A stretch of DNA of 64,000 bases, taken from assembly GCF_036321535.1 (NCBI RefSeq), contig NC_087451.1, positions 52,080,001 through 52,144,000 on the forward strand. The letters are read 5' to 3'. Position 1 is the stretch's first letter. Each line of letters begins with the position of its first letter. Below are positions 30,728 through 42,367 of the stretch, piece after piece. Source of the DNA: Camelus dromedarius. Its lineage: Eukaryota. The notes beneath the pieces are model-generated. The model was not told where the DNA came from. It worked only from the letters and a program-made list of their open reading frames with translations, and ran no database searches. Position numbers and translations under genes: made by a program.

Positions 30728-33700
30728 TCATCTCCTCCATCTGTGGAGAAGGGGAGGGATGAGGATGGGGATCCCAGGGAGGTGTCACAACCCCAGGAGC
30801 CCACAACAGGGGCGAGCTTGTGGTTCCTCTTGGGCTTCTAGAGTCCAGCTACCCAAACTGAGGTGAGGCACCCCTGCTGCCTGGGCCAGGACCTCTTCCC
30901 GGATGTCCAATGACAACAGTGACGATCCTTTAACAAGTGTGCAAAGCTCAGGTTCCAGTGCGTTCACCTATCTTTGACCCTCCTGTCTACCAAGGTTTGA
31001 CAACTCCCAGGGGACACGTGAACTCAGCCCTCTGAGACTGTACACTGAAAGGCAGACCCAGAATTTGAATGAGATCTCAAGACTCCAAAATCCAGCATGC
31101 TAAGAAGTACTGCCCCATGCTGGAGGGTACCATCGGGGTCTCCCATGATCCCCGTGATTCCCACAGCCCCCCGACTCGCCCAGAGAGCCCTGAGAACCGG
31201 ACAGTCACACAGCCGAGCACACCAGCCACCCCCTCCCCGACACTCACATCCGGAGACACTTGTCCTTCCCGCCACTCGCCACTCTCTGGCCGTCGGGACT
31301 CCAGTCGACAGCATATACCTAAACCGGGGAGGGGCAGGGGCACAGTGAGGATGTGGGAGAGGCGGGCCAGGCTTCGCTTCCCCCTCCCTCAGCCTCGTGC
31401 CCACAAGGGTTGGCCGCACCTCATCCGCATGGCCTGGCAGGTCTGTGGCCAGCTTCTGGGCCTTCACATCCCACACCTTCAATGTGCTGTCACTGCTGCC
31501 ACTGACCAGGAGCCGGCTGTCGGCTGACCACGCAATCTGGTACACGGCAGCCACGTGGCCACGCAAGGAAGCCAGGTACCTGGGCCAGGGGAAGATGATG
31601 GATATGAGCTCTTCCAACACGTCTGAGAGGTCCTCTGTGTCCACAGCAGTGGTCTCAACCTTGGCTGCATGTTGGAGTTATGTGGGAACTTTTACAGGCG
31701 AACTTAATCACTATTGGTCATTACTTTGCAAAACTTCTCCAGATGAGTTGCTTCTAAGATGCCTCCGGGCAGGCCTCTGTGCCTGCTCAGCTCTGCCAGC
31801 CTCAGAATCCAATGCAGCCATCTGCTTAGCCCACCTGCATGACAGCCCCCAGCCCCCAACAGGTGCCTGCTGACATGTGGCTTGGAGATACAATGGGCCG
31901 GGCCCACCCGGAAAGTGGTCGGGACAGACTAGCTGTGTCTGCGGGCACAAGTCACTGGGCCTGAGACTCAGAGTCCTTACCTTAAAAGAACTGAATGCCC
32001 TCTCTCATGGCTGCTGGGTGAAAATACACGGAGACTGACACACAAGTGCCCTTTGGCCTCAACAAGGGTCCCCTGCTCCTTTTCTCTTCCCGCCCAGGCC
32101 TCTGCCTCTCCTAAGTAACCCGAGAGCTTGTGCCTCATCACATCAGTGCTTCTCAGACTCAGGTGACCTTAAAATGCAGATTCTGATTCTCAAGGTCTAG
32201 GGTGGGGCCCCAGGCTCTGTGCTTCTATCAAGTTCCCGGGTGATGCGCCGTCTGGTCTGTGGACCACACTCTGAGGAGGGCCCGATAATGTCTGGACCAC
32301 AAAGCTACACTCCTGCGTGGCCCTGGCCCTCCGCCAGCTGTCAGATCATTTCTCTCCTTAGATATGAGATGAACTAGCATTTTCAGTGCCCTCTTAGTGC
32401 TGGTGCTAAATACATCACCTCATTTAATCCTTGTAACAAAACTGAATCTGCACATTCAGAAGAGACAGATGCTCAGAAAATCTAAACACTTGCCAAGGCC
32501 ACACGGCCAGGAAGCGGCAGAGCCAAGTTCCTTCCAGAGGAACAGCACTCCCTAGCCCTGTACCCCAGGCCCAGGACCCCCACTCACTTGCCCGTCCTGC
32601 CATCCCACAACTTGATGGACTTGTCGAAGGAGGCACTGGCAACGACACGGGAGTCTGGGGAGAAGAGCACCTGGTTGATGAGGGCCTGGTGCCCTGTCAA
32701 TCGTGCCAGGGGCTTCTTGTCCTCCGCCGGGGACCACAGGAACAGGGTGAAGTCGTCTGAGCCAGACACCAGCCTCTCTGGGCCCTGGCCCTAGAGGAGG
32801 CAGAAAGCACACCATGTCAGACACGGTCTCCGAGAGGAGAGCCTGACCTTGGCAGCAAACACATCACTGACTGCTCAGGGCCAGCGTGGAGACCAGAACT
32901 GGAGAAAGGAGGCTGGGCCAGCACTAACTCACAGGGGTTACTTCCCCCAAAAGGAAACTTCATGCACATGAGACAGGGCTATTTCTATGACATAATTACA
33001 TGAAAAAGCAAGGTACAGAGTGGTGTGTTAAAAAGGGGAAGTGTTTTACATGTGGGTTTGTATACGTGTGTGTATTTGTACTGGGTGCAGTGTACACATA
33101 TACACGTATGTGTATATCTGAAGTCTCTGGAAGGAGACGTGAGACACTGGTAACACTGGATGCACCCAGAAAGCAGGGATGAAGGTTAACAGAGATGAGA
33201 GGGTTTCCACCATCTATCTTTTTGTGTTCTTTGAACCTTAGACCATGTGAATATGCTACTGAAAACTAAATAAAATTTAAAAAGAGAGACACCTTAGGAC
33301 TGCAAATAAATAGATAAGCAAATAAAACAAAATGAAATAAAATGATCCCCAGCACAGTAAGATTTTTAGGATTATAAACTAGGATTCTTAAGAACAACTT
33401 CCCAGAAAACATAAGTTCTGAGCTGCGGCCAGAAGGGAGAGGGGCCCGAGCACCCGCAGGGTTTTCAGGGTGAGCAGAGGCAGAGTACGGCACCGGGGAT
33501 GCCGGTGGATCCTCACCCGCACGAGGTTGTAGCGGCTCAGAGCCCTCTCCTTTAACTCCTGCACTGTGTCCAGGTACCGAAGGAGGAGGAATAAGGCCGA
33601 TTAGGAAAATCCAATGCAAACAGCAAGCACCCCCGTCCTACTTGCACACATTAAGCTAGAAAACTGGGTCCCCCACCAAGCGGCCCTCTCCCCTCCTCCC

Positions 33701-36700
33701 GCTCACTCACAGGACCCTTGGAGGTCCCTGGCATTCACTGAGGCCTCGGCTGGCTCGAAGGCCCCTGTGCGCAGGGCATAGTCAGTGCTGAGGGCCATGG
33801 TGTTCACCCAGTGGCCGTGGCCTTGCAGAGTCCGGCACAGCACGCCCTAGGGCGGAGGGAGACAGGTCAGACACACATAGAGCGCTCCCCAGCCTTGGGA
33901 ACCTGGACCCCCAGATCAGACCCAGAAGACGGGCGCCATGGGACTCAGAAGCACAACCCTTACTGTGATCCAAGTCAAATCACCCTGCTGGGCTCATCTG
34001 TAAAATGAGGGCACCAGCCCAGATCAACGTTTCTGAAAATAAGTTTCACGGAAGGGAAATGTCAGAATAAAAGGGCTCTGCTCAAATAAGTTTGGGATAG
34101 GACAGGTTCGATAGGGCTCAGTAGGCTTCCTACAGCAGGAATTTCAGAGCCCGACCACCTAACAGACCTGGAACCTCCACTCTAGTGCGGCACCACCCAT
34201 AGGACCCCTTGTTCCCCAAGCGCCTCGCCAACTGGCTCCCAGACACGTTCAGGAAACACTGGTCAACGTTCCTTCCAGCACCCACATCCCTGGCCCGAGA
34301 TTTCCCCAGGCTGGTTCTGGAACCCTCCCAGCCCTTACATCNNNNNNNNNNNNNNNNNNNNNNNNNNNNNNNNNNNNNNNNNNNNNNNNNNNNNNNNNNN
34401 NNNNNNNNNNNNNNNNNNNNNNNNNNNNNNNNNNNNNNNNNNNNNNNNNNNNNNNNNNNNNNNNNNNNNNNNNCCAGACCCGCACGCTGCCGTCCTTGGA
34501 GCTGCTGGCCACATAGCGGCACTCGGGGTTGCTGGAGAGGAAGAGAAACGTGCCTTTACATCTGACCTGGCAATGCCTGTCTTCCCACAGTGCCTCCCCG
34601 GGGATAACGTCCTTACAGCTTCCCGACCCCAAGATCTGGATGCATTGTAGGGTGGCTCTCAGGCTGTGTGATGAGCACCCTCTGCCCCCACCTACCACAA
34701 CACAGGTACTGATCCACCACCTGTCACGTGGTCACTGTGCCAGACTGCCTACCCTGTCCCCTCACGTGAGACTCCTCTGCACCAAGCAGGGGAGGGGTAC
34801 AGTTCTGAACCCCTGGCTCCTCACTCACCCCAGCTCTGTCAGCGTCACTTACGCATGGAGGGGCTCCCAGCTCAGGGCTGTGATCCACTTGCTGTGGCCC
34901 GCAAGGGTCCTGCCCACTTGCTTCCCTGTGCTGGGGTCCCACAGGAGAATCTGAAGGACAGAAGCTCATCAAATAACCCTCCCCAACCTTCCCCTGGCCC
35001 CATCAAAGGTATCTGCCCATTGCTCCCACCCAACCCTCCCCAAAGACCCCAGAACCTGATTCTGACCCATCCCCCAGAAAGGGGGCCCCAGGGTTGTTGC
35101 CTCGTTACCCTGACACCATCTACCTGGCCGTTCTTGCAGCCTGAAGCCAGCTTCTTGCCGTCTGGGGACCAGGATATGCTAAGGACCCAGTGTCTGTGTC
35201 CTAAGAAAGCAGGGGAGGGAGAAAGGGGGACCACACCTGTCTTTATCCCCAGTGCCGAGTGACACCTGGCACACTGCAGAAACACCTCAGCTAGCTGCTG
35301 AATAAATGAACAATTGAACAAAAGAGATGAGGCTCCCCGGGCAAAGGGAGACTCCTCCCCAAGTGCCAGAGCCATGCAGCGTGCCGCCCAGGTAATACCG
35401 CCACTACGGTTCCTTACGTGCTGCGAGACACAAAGTACTTTTACATACGTCAGCCCTTGTAATTCTCACGATGGCTCCAGACTACGGAGCAAAGCATGAA
35501 GTACCATCCCCATTTTCCAGATGAGAAAACTGAAGCTTAGAAAGGAAGTATGCCCTACACACAAGGTCGCCCAGCTAGTGTGTGGCCCCCAGGCCAACAG
35601 CTTCAGCACCACCTGGGAACACGAAAGGCAAATTCTCAGGCCACACCCTAGACCCAAACAGACAAACATTCTGGGGTTAGGACCCTGAAACTTGTATTTT
35701 AACAAGCCCTCAAGGTGATTCTGATATATGTTCAAGTTTGAGAACCACTATGGCAGAGGCTGGATTTAAACCAGGTTCTCTTCACTCCTGGTCAGTCAGC
35801 CCCTGCCCGTTTGTAAGTGGCGGGCAGGACTCAAGGGTAAGGTCTCTACTGAGGAATAGGCAGCTGCTACCTGGATGTTAAGGGGCTAGAACCTGCTCTG
35901 GGCCTCATCAGGAACTAAAGAGCAGATCACCTGCTCACCCCTGAGTTAAAACCCCCTGAGTGGTGAACTGCATACCGACCCTGGCATGTGAAATGCGGTG
36001 TCTCAGTGCTGAGATCCCAGAAGCGCACAGAAGTGTCTCCGGAGCCGCTGGCCAGGTACCTGGGGAAGAAGAGGGGCTGCCGGACCTCTGCAGTGGGGAC
36101 AAGGCGGCGGGGAACCCACCCGGAACACGGGACATGCACACTCCTGCTGCCTAGACAGTCGTCTTCTGGGAATAAATCTGGGACTGGACTTCTCTCTCTC
36201 TCCTAAGAAGGAGAAATATAACGCTAGTGCCATCTGGGAGAAAACCCCCAGAGGCCATTTCTCTCCCTACCCTTCCTAAAAGGAATGACTACAGACATAA
36301 CCAGGTTTAAGGCTTCCCAGTATTCTCATAGGATTGTGAGACTCCAAAGGGACCTGTTTCAGATGAAGAATTAACTCAGAAAGGTTAAGTGACTTGCCCA
36401 GGTCACACAAATAAGAAGGGGCAGAGCTGAGCTTACAGTTCAGATCTCCTGAGATCAAGTCCAGGAAGGGCTCTTCCAAGGCAGATGTCCTTGGCCCTTG
36501 GGACCCAAACTTCCCACTGGGGAAGTCCCTTACTTGCAACTTGAGCCCAGAGCCTGGGTCTGTGGTAGGTAGCCTGAGGCCCCACTGAGCATAACTTTGG
36601 GGTACCCCCTCACCCCAGCCAGAGGAATCCCTCCATGATTCTGCAGCTGCCCTTACTTTCCTGTGGGACTAAAGGCCACGGAAATGACCGCCTCGCTGTG

Positions 36701-38153
36701 GCCCTCCAAGGAGCTGGTGCAGCGGGTCACAGCGCGGACCCTGAAGACAGCCTGTGGCTGGTAGATGATGTCAAGGACCTTCTCTGTCTCCACCGCCTGG
36801 GACTCCAGCGTCCTCCCCAGGGAGGACACAATCTCGGTATCATGGACATAGAAAGCCAGTGGCAGGGGATCCTCCTGGAAGACAACAGCAAAGGGAAGCC
36901 CTCCCCATCAAAGGATGAGTGGGGCCACCTCTACCAGGTAGGCCCTCCTTACTGAGCTGTGGGCAAAGCTTCCTTCTTTTCAGCCACCCTGCTTGGGATA
37001 CTCCCATTATTCCCCATGGAACAAGATCTTTTTCATCCTTGAAAAGCAACTGCAGGACACTTACCTACCACTTTAAAATCCTTTATCTGCATCTCACAAC
37101 CACCCTGGGAGGTAGGTATTAACATTCCCACTTGACAGAGCAACTAAGTGATTAGCCCAGTGTCCTATCGCTAATGACTAATTCAGGTTCTTCAGAAAGA
37201 AAACCGAAGTCCAGAATTAGGATTAGTATATAGCACTATGCAGCGTTTTCTAAACCACACCGGGCTGTATAATGTGTAAGAAGCATCCAAAAAGCTCACT
37301 GAAACTGCAGACTCTCTGCTTCACCCCAACGTCTGGTATAGTAAGTCTGGGGTGGGGCCCAGGTATTCCATTTTAATATCCTTCCCCCACCCAACAGAGG
37401 GTAGCATTTTAATAAACACGGGCTTAGGAGAGCATAGGTTTTGGGTCTGACATTTGGGGTCCAACTCCAAATCCACCACTTACTGCGCAGCATCGTACAA
37501 GTGATTTAATGCTTCCAGACAACACTGTAAAATGGGGATATTAATGATAACGGGGATATAATGAGGGGCTTTGACGAGGAATCAATTTGACAATGCACCC
37601 AACGCGTTCAAAACCAGGTCCCTCTCCGCAGGTGGACCCGATGGTGGGCGTGTAAAGCGGTCTCGCCCTGATCACGTCTTCAGACCCTTCCCAAGGTAGA
37701 CGGCACTGCCTAGGTGTATCACCCCTGTGGGTGAGTGGTGGGGGCCTTTGTATCCCAGACCTTCGGTCTCCAGATCCCCTGTAGGCCCGACCAGGACGGC
37801 GCCGCCAGCCCCCAGCCCGAGGGAGGAGACGCGGGACCGCTGAGCCCGCCGCTCACCTGGGCCAGCAGCGCGTTGCACACGAGCTGCAGCTTGTCCGGAG
37901 TGATGTCCACGGGCACGTCGAACGGGGAGCCCAGCAGCTGCCCGCCCTCATCCTGGAACTGCACTAGCAGCCGCTGCACGTCGCGCGCAGCCGCCTCGTC
38001 CTGGGCCGACAAGCGCGGCGGACATCATTCACGCCGCCCAGACCGGAGGGCCCTCACTCCCGCCTCCCTCCGGCCTCGGGGACCCCGGCCCCAGCGCCCA
38101 GCCGCCGCGCCCCCACCCCACTCACGCACACCCACCGCCGCCGGTGCCTCCAT
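30728..38153 (-). CDS. NLE1: Notchless protein homolog 1 (NLE1), UBL + WD40 ribosome biogenesis factor, 485 aa
   Basis: Exons (minus): 38136-38153, 37857-38000, 36657-36874, 35980-36059, 35124-35200, 34853-34950, 34339-34531 (132 N inside), 33711-33846, 33517-33563, 32588-32790, 31420-31579, 31248-31318, 30728-30740. Total 1458 nt. Peptides [32 protein letters not shown]40 repeats ([25 protein letters not shown]); ends WRR-TGA. Confidence 0.96.
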
Positions 38154-38350
38154 CTTCCGTCCCCACGTGGAGGAGGAAACTCCCGCCGGCCGGAGCGCCG
38201 CCCCCGTGGTCCGGCGGTGCCGCAGTCCGCGACATCGCCCTCTGGTGATGTGGAGGGGAAGTGTCGCACTGCGCTTGGACTCCAGCGATCGGAGTGAGCT
38301 CACCGGGTACCTGCCTCCACAGCTTCCCCCGGACGGGTTGACGCCTCCTC
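37600..38350. promoter_or_regulatory. CpG island / NLE1 promoter
   Basis: CpG-dense over exons 1-2; ETS-like CGGAAG directly before the ATG; CTCF-like motif 38235-38248 (minus, 12/14). Confidence 0.8.
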
Positions 38351-39061
38351 ATTCGGTCCTTCCCAGTGCCTTGCAAGATACAGACAATCTTTTGTTTTTT
38401 GAGAACTGGGATTCTTGCCTCAGTTTATGGGCGAGGAAATCGAAGCTCTGAGCGCTAGATTTTCTCCAAGATCGCAGAGATAGGAAATGGGAGTGGCTTA
38501 CAAAGCCAGAGCCCACTGGGTTGAGGGCAGTTCTGCTTCTTTTTTATTTAAATGGATGAAATCAATTAATAATACTTGATGAGTACAGAAGCCAAAACTT
38601 CCTACAGTTTTCAACACTGTACAGCAGTAACAGTAACAATGATAATGACAGCAGTGTGTCAAGAATTGTTCTAAGTGCTTTACACATACAACTCATTTAA
38701 TCCGCACAACTCTCTCCTGGTATTATAGATGAGGAACTAGAGCAGAGAGGGACCGCGAGCGCTCTGACTGGCCACCTGGGATCTTCCTCTCTCTCGCATC
38801 TTGGCGATCTCAAGCTCTGCCAATTCCGCCTCGCATTCTCCTACAGCAGGCTCTTCACTTGCCTCCCTGTCTCTGCTCTTGCCTCCTCCCTTGCATTCGG
38901 TACAGGGCAACCAGGGTGATGTTTCAAACCCAAGCTCTGGTCTGTTACTTTCTGCCCTAAAACCCAACAGGGGCTCTCATTACAGGCAGGAAAGTATCAT
39001 TCTTTCCCTCACCCTTGAAAGTTTTATTGAGACATAGTTGACATAGAACACTGTGTACTTT

Positions 39062-39195
39062 TGGGGGGAGGGTTGGTGGTAATTAGGTTTTATTATTATT
39101 TTTTTTAACAGAGGTTCCAGGGAGGTTCTGGGAATTGAACCAAGGACCTTGTGCTTGCTAGGTAAGCACTCTACCACTGAGCTATACCCTCCCCC
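39062..39195 (-). mobile_element. Camelid tRNA-derived SINE, long form
   Basis: Reverse complement of gggggagggtatagctcagtggtagagtgc...aaacctaattacc. Confidence 0.88.
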
Positions 39196-39357
39196 AGGCC
39201 GAAAAGATCAGACTCCTTCTAATGGTCCACTGGGCCCTACTTACTTCTCCTGCCACTCCTCTCTTTAAGATCAAATCCTTCTGGCTTTTTCTTAGTTCTT
39301 TCAAGGCCTGACCCTGCCTGTATCCCTGCTTTGCACATGCAGTTTTCTGTCTGGAAC

Positions 39358-39561
39358 TGGTATGAACTGAATTGTGCACACACACCCCCAATTCGTATGT
39401 TGAAGCCCTGATCCCCCAGTGTGACTGTATTTAGAGACAGTCCATAAGGAGGTAATAAGTCTTCGGCTTCTAGCCTCTACAATTGTGAGAAAATAAATTT
39501 TTGTTGTTTAAGCCACCTAGTCTGTGGTATTTTGTTATGGCAGCTGGAGCTGACTAATACA
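39358..39561 (+). mobile_element. Internally deleted MaLR (MLT1-type) LTR
   Basis: 5' tggtatgaactgaattgtg and 3' gttgtttaagccacctagtctgtggtattttgttatggcagc...ctaataca termini. Confidence 0.8.
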
Positions 39562-39954
39562 GGCAGGAATAGTTCTTCATTCTTCAGGTCTTGGTTTAAA
39601 TATTGAATCATTTAACAAAGGTCTCTGCCAGACATTGTTCTAAGGGCTCTCTCTATTAATTCATTTAATCACTTACTAAGAGAAATCTTCTCGGAAACAA
39701 TGTCATGTTTCCTGATTACAAGTTTGCAAAACGTCTTAGTATTCATATTTAGAAAGCACAGATCCATGGAATTCTTTCCTCCATCCATTCAACAAATATT
39801 ACTGAGCACCTACTACATACCACACACTGTGAAAGACATTTGGAATATGGAAGTGAACAAAATAGGGACAAATTCTTACCCTTATGAGCGTTCTCTGCTT
39901 CTGTGATCATTCAGTTTCTGGCACATAGTAAATGCTTCAGAAAAGCTTGTGGAA

Positions 39955-40255
39955 ACAGGCTTACAGACATGGAAAACAAACTATGGTTACCAAAGGGGAA
40001 AGGGGGGTGAGGAATAAATCAGGAGTCTGGGATTAACAGATACACACTACTATATATAAAATAGATAAACAACAAGGACCTACTGTATGTATAGGGAATT
40101 ATATTCAATTTCTTATAATAATATATAATGGAAAAGAAACTGAAAAGAAAAAAAATGTGTGTATGTATATGTATAACTGAATCGCTTTGCTGTACACCTG
40201 AAGTTAACATTGTAAGTCAATTACATTTCAATAAAAGATTAAAAAAAAAAAAAAA
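39955..40255 (+). mobile_element. 5'-truncated L1 3' end with poly(A)
   Basis: acagacatggaaaacaaactatggttacc...aataaaag-poly(A); 16-bp TSD agaaa(a/t)gcttgtggaa at 39939-39954 and 40256-40271. Confidence 0.88.
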
Positions 40256-41469
40256 AGAAATGCTTGTGGAATGGATTACTGAATCAGAATTTGAATCTAG
40301 GATCCCTGGGACCTAAAGTCACTTTCTACTAATGGCAGACCCTTTACCATATTATGTCACTGCTACAGAGCACTACTCCACAAGGGGCCAAGGGTTTGGG
40401 ACACCGCAAGGGCAGGGAATTCACTAATCCATTCATTCATTTGTTTATTCAATCAACAAACATGCATCAAGGCTGGCCCTTGTGTCCAGCAGGGCAGTAG
40501 AACTTGTCCAAGGTCACATAGCTGTGTTTTCAAGGTCACAGCGCTAAGAGCAGAATCTAGTGTGAGTGATCTCACCTACGCTTTTTTCCTTCAGCGTCTT
40601 TCTCAGCCCTGGTCAGGTAAGTTTGAAGCTCTATGGGAAAAGGTGGCAGAATGGTAGTACATGGAGCTAAGCATCAGTATGAAGACTTCATTCAACAGTC
40701 ATCGGGCACTGACTCCGCCAGGCTCTGTGCCAGGGAAATCAAGCTGCACGAGATGCTGTCCTTGACCGCTGGGAGGGAGCTCACAGGGCGGGCTCAGAGA
40801 CACTGAAAGGCGGGAGAATTCTGAATCCAGGTAGGGACAGCCTCATCAGCTTGCCTCAGGAACCTTCAGTTGGATGGGGAGGAACAATTCCTGCCCCAGG
40901 GGACACCTTCTCTGGTGGCAAATACATAATTTTTTTTAATGAAAAAAAATTAAATTAAATTATTTTTCCTTATTTGAGGCATAGTTGAGTTACAATATTA
41001 TATAAGTTTCAGGTGTACAACATAATGATTCATGATTTTTAATGAATACATAGTTCATGTCCCGGGAAAACCCCCTTCTGATAAGGGGGACTTCGCTTGT
41101 CCCAGTCAGTTAGCGGGTACAGTTCTTGGTCTCAGGGATTTTCCAGGCTGCTCCAGCTCTTGCTGTGGGAGAAGAATTCGGTCTGGTGGGGCAGGGGTAT
41201 TCAGAGCCGGTCCTGAGGGAGCTCCCAGTCTGATGGGAGAGGGAGGCTGAATATATCTACTCCATAGAGACGGGGAGGAACCAGAGAAGACGTGCAGACT
41301 GAAACAAACAAATAACTCACTTCCAGTAAACTGACGCAGCAGGTCCAATGGTCTTTCTGAAAAGCCAAGGCCATTGTCAACAAGTGAATGTGGGAGCGGT
41401 TGGGGAGTTGTGGACAAGCGGAAGAGGCGAAGGAACTTTCTTTCCTCTTCTTCCCTCCTCCCTCTCGAC

Positions 41470-41890
41470 AGGCATTTCTGGAAGTCTCCAGTTGTTCTAG
41501 GACCTGAGCAGCTGCTCTGCAGTCCAAGTCTGACAGCCCCTCAGCTGTCACTCTGTTCCCAAAATAGCAGCGGTGGGGGGATGGGAGAGGGGTTGTTTGT
41601 CTGGGATGGAGGTGGAGAAGCAGCATTATAGCTGTGCCTAGGGAGGGGGGTGTCAGCTGGGGGATTCCTGTTCCTCTGGATCTTTCTCTCCCTCTTTGGG
41701 GCATGAGTGCCTGAGCCCCCAGGACTGGCCCTGAGCGGGGTGCCAGGGTGGAGGTTAGTCAGAACCTCCACGTGGTAATGACTGACCAGTCTGGGGAGGG
41801 GGAGGGCCCTGAGTATCGATGACAGACTCCAGGGGCACCTGCCCCTGTGGCCAAATAAGGCCTGGAGCCACTGGCAGGGGCGATAAAGTC
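41470..41890 (+). promoter_or_regulatory. UNC45B: UNC45B muscle-type promoter
   Basis: CArG box CCAAATAAGG 41851-41860; E-boxes CAGCTG 41542-41547 and 41654-41659, CACGTG 41769-41774, CACCTG 41836-41841; GATAAA 41882-41887 at a TATA-like position. Confidence 0.6.
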
Positions 41891-41909
41891 TCCTGGGTGG
41901 GGGCTGGGA

Positions 41910-42006
41910 GGGACAGACTGACTCTGGATGGCTGGGGGTTCACACGGGAGCTCAGAGGAGTGACACCCCCAGGGAGAAGGACCAAGAGCATCGTCCTTGT
42001 GAGAAA
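41910..42006 (+). other. UNC45B: UNC45B non-coding exon 1 (TSS approximate)
   Basis: Donor AAA|GTGAGC at 42006/42007. Splicing to exon 2, whose first bases are ATG, gives the strong context GAAA-ATG-G. Confidence 0.55.
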
Positions 42007-42367
42007 GTGAGCTGGCCTGGAGTGCTCCTTGGACTGGGGAGGGAGAAGGGGGACCCAGAGGGAATTTTAAGGCCTGTAGTGAGAATTCAGGCCCTTGGTG
42101 GGGTGGCTTCACCCGTCCAGCTGGGAGGGTAGGGAGGGAGGCACAGGGACTCTGAGACCGCCCTCCACTCAGGCCCCGCTCAGAGCAAATGCTGCGATGT
42201 CCTTCCTTGTAGTGGACTCGCGGGTGCTGGGGTGGCTCCCCTCCAGGCAGCACCCTCAACTCCCATTCTGGGGGGTGGGGACCCTAGAGCCCCAGACCTC
42301 AGGCCACAAGCCCAGGCTGGGTCTGGAGGGAGGGGCTGGCCAGACGGACCTGCTCCTGTCCCGACAG

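Noticed and set aside
31024-31644. 206-aa minus-strand ORF
   Set aside because: It is NLE1 exon 11 plus intronic read-through; exon 12 is in another frame.
37735-38451. 238-aa plus-strand ORF antisense to NLE1, and similar ORFs at 342-1249 and 19388-19993
   Set aside because: Low-complexity Pro/Arg/Ala-rich frames typical of CpG islands; no domain signal.
42095-42367. In-frame N-terminal extension of UNC45B (ATG at 42197, +57 aa)
   Set aside because: It lies in intron 1, GC-rich sequence stays open by chance, and the peptide resembles nothing I recognise. Worth revisiting only if intron-1 TSS data appear.
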